Part shown: piece by piece, positions 61,301 to 64,000 of the stretch
Layout of the letters: every line of letters starts with the position of its first letter
Position numbering within the stretch: the stretch's first letter is position 1
Source of the DNA: Styela clava
Taxonomy: Eukaryota
Assembly (NCBI RefSeq): GCF_964204865.1
Contig: NC_135252.1
Location: forward strand, 15,314,001 to 15,378,000
Direction of reading: 5' to 3'
DNA: 64,000 bases
The notes under the pieces: model-generated
What the model was told of the DNA's origin: nothing
Seen by the model: the letters and a program-made list of their open reading frames with translations, nothing else
Databases searched by the model: none
Program-made: the position numbers and the translations under genes

Positions 61301-64000
61301 CAAAAATGCGTTAACACATTATAGATGGTCTTAAAAAATCACAGATATTATCTAATGTTGTAGGTAACCCAGAGCAGAGGGGAAAAGCCAATTGTATTGG
61401 TATACAATATACATCATTATCTAGTTTGAATGAATGTAAATTACCATCAATAAGTGTGTCATCTTCTTCAGCCTCCATAGTTGTATCAACTTCATTATTC
61501 TCTTCCATTTCTTCTGGAGGTTCATCCATGTTTATTCCATCTATATAAAAAACAAATTTAGATCGGTGGTTTCCATATCGCACAGCATTAAAGCCGAATA
61601 ACCATAACGCTAGCAAAGCGTTGCATGAATAAATAGCTAATCAACCCTGTCACTGGAGCTGAGCTTACCACATTAGATAGAGCCAAGGGCTACCAGGAAT
61701 TTTCTTAGCTCTTAACCATCCATTATTTTTTAAGGTCAAAACTTAAAAGTATAAAATAGTAAAATTTATTCTTTTTAGCGTATATTTTTTTTATAAATTC
61801 CAAGTTCTAATATTAATATTTTTATTTAAAAGTCAAGTGTTTAATTTCAAAGTTTGAAATCAATATAATTATCACAGTTTTGAGTCTCCAGCCCTGAACA
61901 TAACAAATTCCAATAATAATACTACCAATAAAAATATGAGGAAAAAATTGCGACCTATCTGCGAGTATGTACGGGAATTATCACAGTTTCTGAGTCCCCA
62001 GCCCTGGACATAACAAATTCCAATAATAATACTACCATGGTCCATGTCACTTCCTGAATCTACCACGTCTTCATATTGATCCTCCTCATCATTTTGTTCT
62101 TTCACTGAAGTACTGATTTTCGCAGCAAATCTGTGTAATGTTGTCTTAGGTAATTGATTGTTCAAACCTAAAATTTAAGTAAATTTTTGCAAAAACAGAA
62201 ACTTTTATTAAACACACATTTATTTAAATATACAATTCAAAAAGGAAGTTATTTCTAGAAGCCACATCCAAACTTCCATGCCATTATTCCTTAGTATATA
62301 ATCAACATACCTTTTATAAAAGTCGCCATTACAAAATAATATGAAGTATAATCATGTCCATCAGTCCTAGCCAGCTTTTCGATATCAAGCTTCTTATTCA
62401 AAGTCCTTTCGATTAGTTTTTCCAACATCTTTTTTTGTTCCTGAAAGAAGATGTCACGGATATTAATGATTTGCAACTAATTTCGGTTGGAAATCCATAA
62501 ATGGATTTACTTTGAATAAAAAAAAGTAAAATTTGGCATTTTTCGTGATTTCAAGCATATGCAGTTAATAAGAGGAGCATATTTACAAGTATTGGTCCTT
62601 TTTCTCTGCCTATATGTAGGCTACATTTATTTCAAATAGCATTACTTTAGAAATGCATTTAAATTGGGTAAATTCTCTAAAAGGTACATTTCCGCTTTAC
62701 CTCATTAATCCGATCTCGATAAAGAACTAGGATTTTTGATGCTTCAACTGATTGTTTCTTCCTTAAAAATGCAATAACTGCCTGCTTTACAGTATGATGC
62801 CAAATGTCACAGAAATTCTGCAAAAAATAATAAAACTCATTCTCACGTTATAAACATTGAAGAATTTGAAAACCTAAGAAATGAATGGCACAGTTACCGG
62901 TACCTCTAAATCGATGCCTATTGATTTTCTAAAGATTCCTAAAGGCTTTTGATCTAAACTAAACACAAGATTGTAAATAGATCTATCTCTTGACTCAAAA
63001 TCTTTTTTTAAATATAGCATCAGTGTCAAAAGTAGATTGTCATGCAGCATAAGCAATACAGTGTCTATCCATATGGCGGGAATATACACTAACATTAACA
63101 TTATCAGTTTTATATTATCAAAATAATTTTGAAAACATAGTCATTACATCTCCATAGCATGAAAGTACAATAATGTCCAAATAATTTTGTCTTCTATAAT
63201 TCAATTAGAGGTGATAAAGTTTAGAAAAAAACACCAATTTGGATTGTGTGAATTATAACAGAACATGGTAATAAATATCAACAGTCAAAATTTATTTGTA
63301 CTAAATTCTTGGCACTTTAATGACTTACCGGATGTTTGATTACATTTTGAAATGCCAGTGCAATATCACTCAAGCGAATGAGAGCAGTTTCTAATGGAGC
63401 CAAATTCTCAGAAGTAAACCTCTGGTCAATATGTTCACCTAACATCAAGCTGGAATTATATAAAACAATACAAGATTAAAAATATTTAACTTGATATTAA
63501 TTGGACGGATTTGGTAGATGACAAGCTGTATTGTTGGCTCAGTGTTTCTCAACTGGAGGAATTTTGTTAGGAGTGAGAGTTGAGCATAATACTAGTTAAG
63601 CATTTATTAACTACTGAACAAAGAACAGAGTTTTACGCACAGTGGGGGAGGAAAAAGAGATCTTAAATCAGCATAAAATGGAATGTATCGAAAAAAATTA
63701 GAAACAATTACTTTAGCTAATTGTTATGCACTAAATCAAAATTTTGTTTTTTAATTAATAAGTATTAGAAAAATAACAATTGAGGGACAGCAGCATTGTA
63801 TCACGGTAAATGAAAAATATCACAATGTAGAGACAATGCAATCAAGCCCCTGTTGGTCAAGGATGGGATCTTCTTAATCCTAATAACTAGCATTATTATT
63901 AAGGATTTCGTTATTTCCAAATTTAAATACAAGCTCTGAGTCTTTTATCAGTGCCTAAGAATCGAATTGATATTTATCAAATTAGTAAATGTACTTACCA
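52304..64000 (-). CDS. TERF: Telomeric repeat-binding factor (TRF1/TRF2 family) with TRFH domain and three Myb/telobox domains; 5' end lies beyond the right edge
   Basis: Phase-consistent exons >64000-63999, 63449-63329, 62817-62701, 62440-62311, 62167-62036, 61540-61445, 60919-60734, 60383-60249, 59535-59472, 58538-58341, 58143-57980, 57186-57036, 56128-55916, 55344-55204, 54431-54398, 54128-53993, 53750-53674, 53228-53108, 52701-52304 (872 codons in window including stop). TRFH-like LGEHIDQRFTSENLAPLETAL...VKQAVIAFLRKKQSVEASKIL...LHRFAAK. C-terminal telobox WTDAEVKEFLSGLEKHGPGNWSTIL...RTSVMLKDKFRTM. Confidence 0.88.
53385..53505 (+). mobile_element. SINE 3' fragment
   Basis: cccataccc...gacgagagg...gggataaatatgtaaatc matches the SINE tail. 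Confidence 0.6.
54624..55144. mobile_element. Tc1/mariner (pogo/Tigger-like) MITE, degenerate
   Basis: CAGTAATATCTCGGTAGTCAAAC vs right end GTTCGACTACCTACGTTTAACTG|TA. A related fragment lies at ~59700-59880. Confidence 0.55.
55520..55629. mobile_element. Short MITE (GG termini, 8-bp TSD)
   Basis: GGACCTCCTGAAGTATGCGCGCCAAGATG / CATCTTGGTGCGCATACTTCAGGAGCACC, TSD AAATTTTG. Confidence 0.85.
55815..55888 (-). mobile_element. Fragment of the 51000-51381 hAT MITE in a TERF intron
   Basis: Minus-strand CAGGGCTGGGCATTTCCGAATAACTGGTGCTTTCAGAA aligns with TAGGGCTGGGCATTTTTGAATACCTGATGATTTCAGAA. Confidence 0.75.
59095..59329. mobile_element. MITE with long TIRs containing TTAGGG-like repeats
   Basis: GGTACTCCCGAAGTATGTGAACCAAGATGG / CCATCTTGGGTCACATACTTCAGGAGAACC. 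TSD AAAAAATAC/AAAAAATTC. GGTTAGGGTTAGG at 59153-59165. Confidence 0.85.
61868..62037. repeat. ~60-bp direct duplication that includes a TERF splice donor
   Basis: tatcacagttt(c)tgagtc..cagccctg(a/g)acataacaaattccaataataatactacca at ~61870 and ~61979. Confidence 0.85.

Overview
AT-rich, intron-containing animal genomic DNA. The compact introns, gene set and repeat types suggest an invertebrate chordate, probably an ascidian (inference, not proven). I traced exons by hand through GT-AG sites and reading-frame phase. Gene order: ALDH3-family aldehyde dehydrogenase (-, runs off the left edge), intronless CHTOP (-), a three-exon RPL39 (-, absent from the ORF track), FoxN1/4 (+, 13 coding exons), an LDL-receptor-family gene with an extra CCP/Sushi domain (+), a C2H2 zinc-finger pseudogene fragment (+), ALKBH2 (+), RRP7A (+), and a telomere-repeat-binding factor (TERF/TRF) gene (-, runs off the right edge). 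Intergenic and intronic DNA holds many MITEs, several with clear target-site duplications and one nested pair, plus a tRNA-derived SINE family. The most striking observation is that the TERF gene splices in frame into a protein with a TRFH domain and three Myb/telobox domains instead of one. Other notable items are a tandemly duplicated ARE-bearing module upstream of ALDH3, FoxN1/4-ALKBH2 microsynteny matching human 12q24, a possible ALKBH2-RRP7A operon, and a frameshift at the 5' end of ALKBH2.
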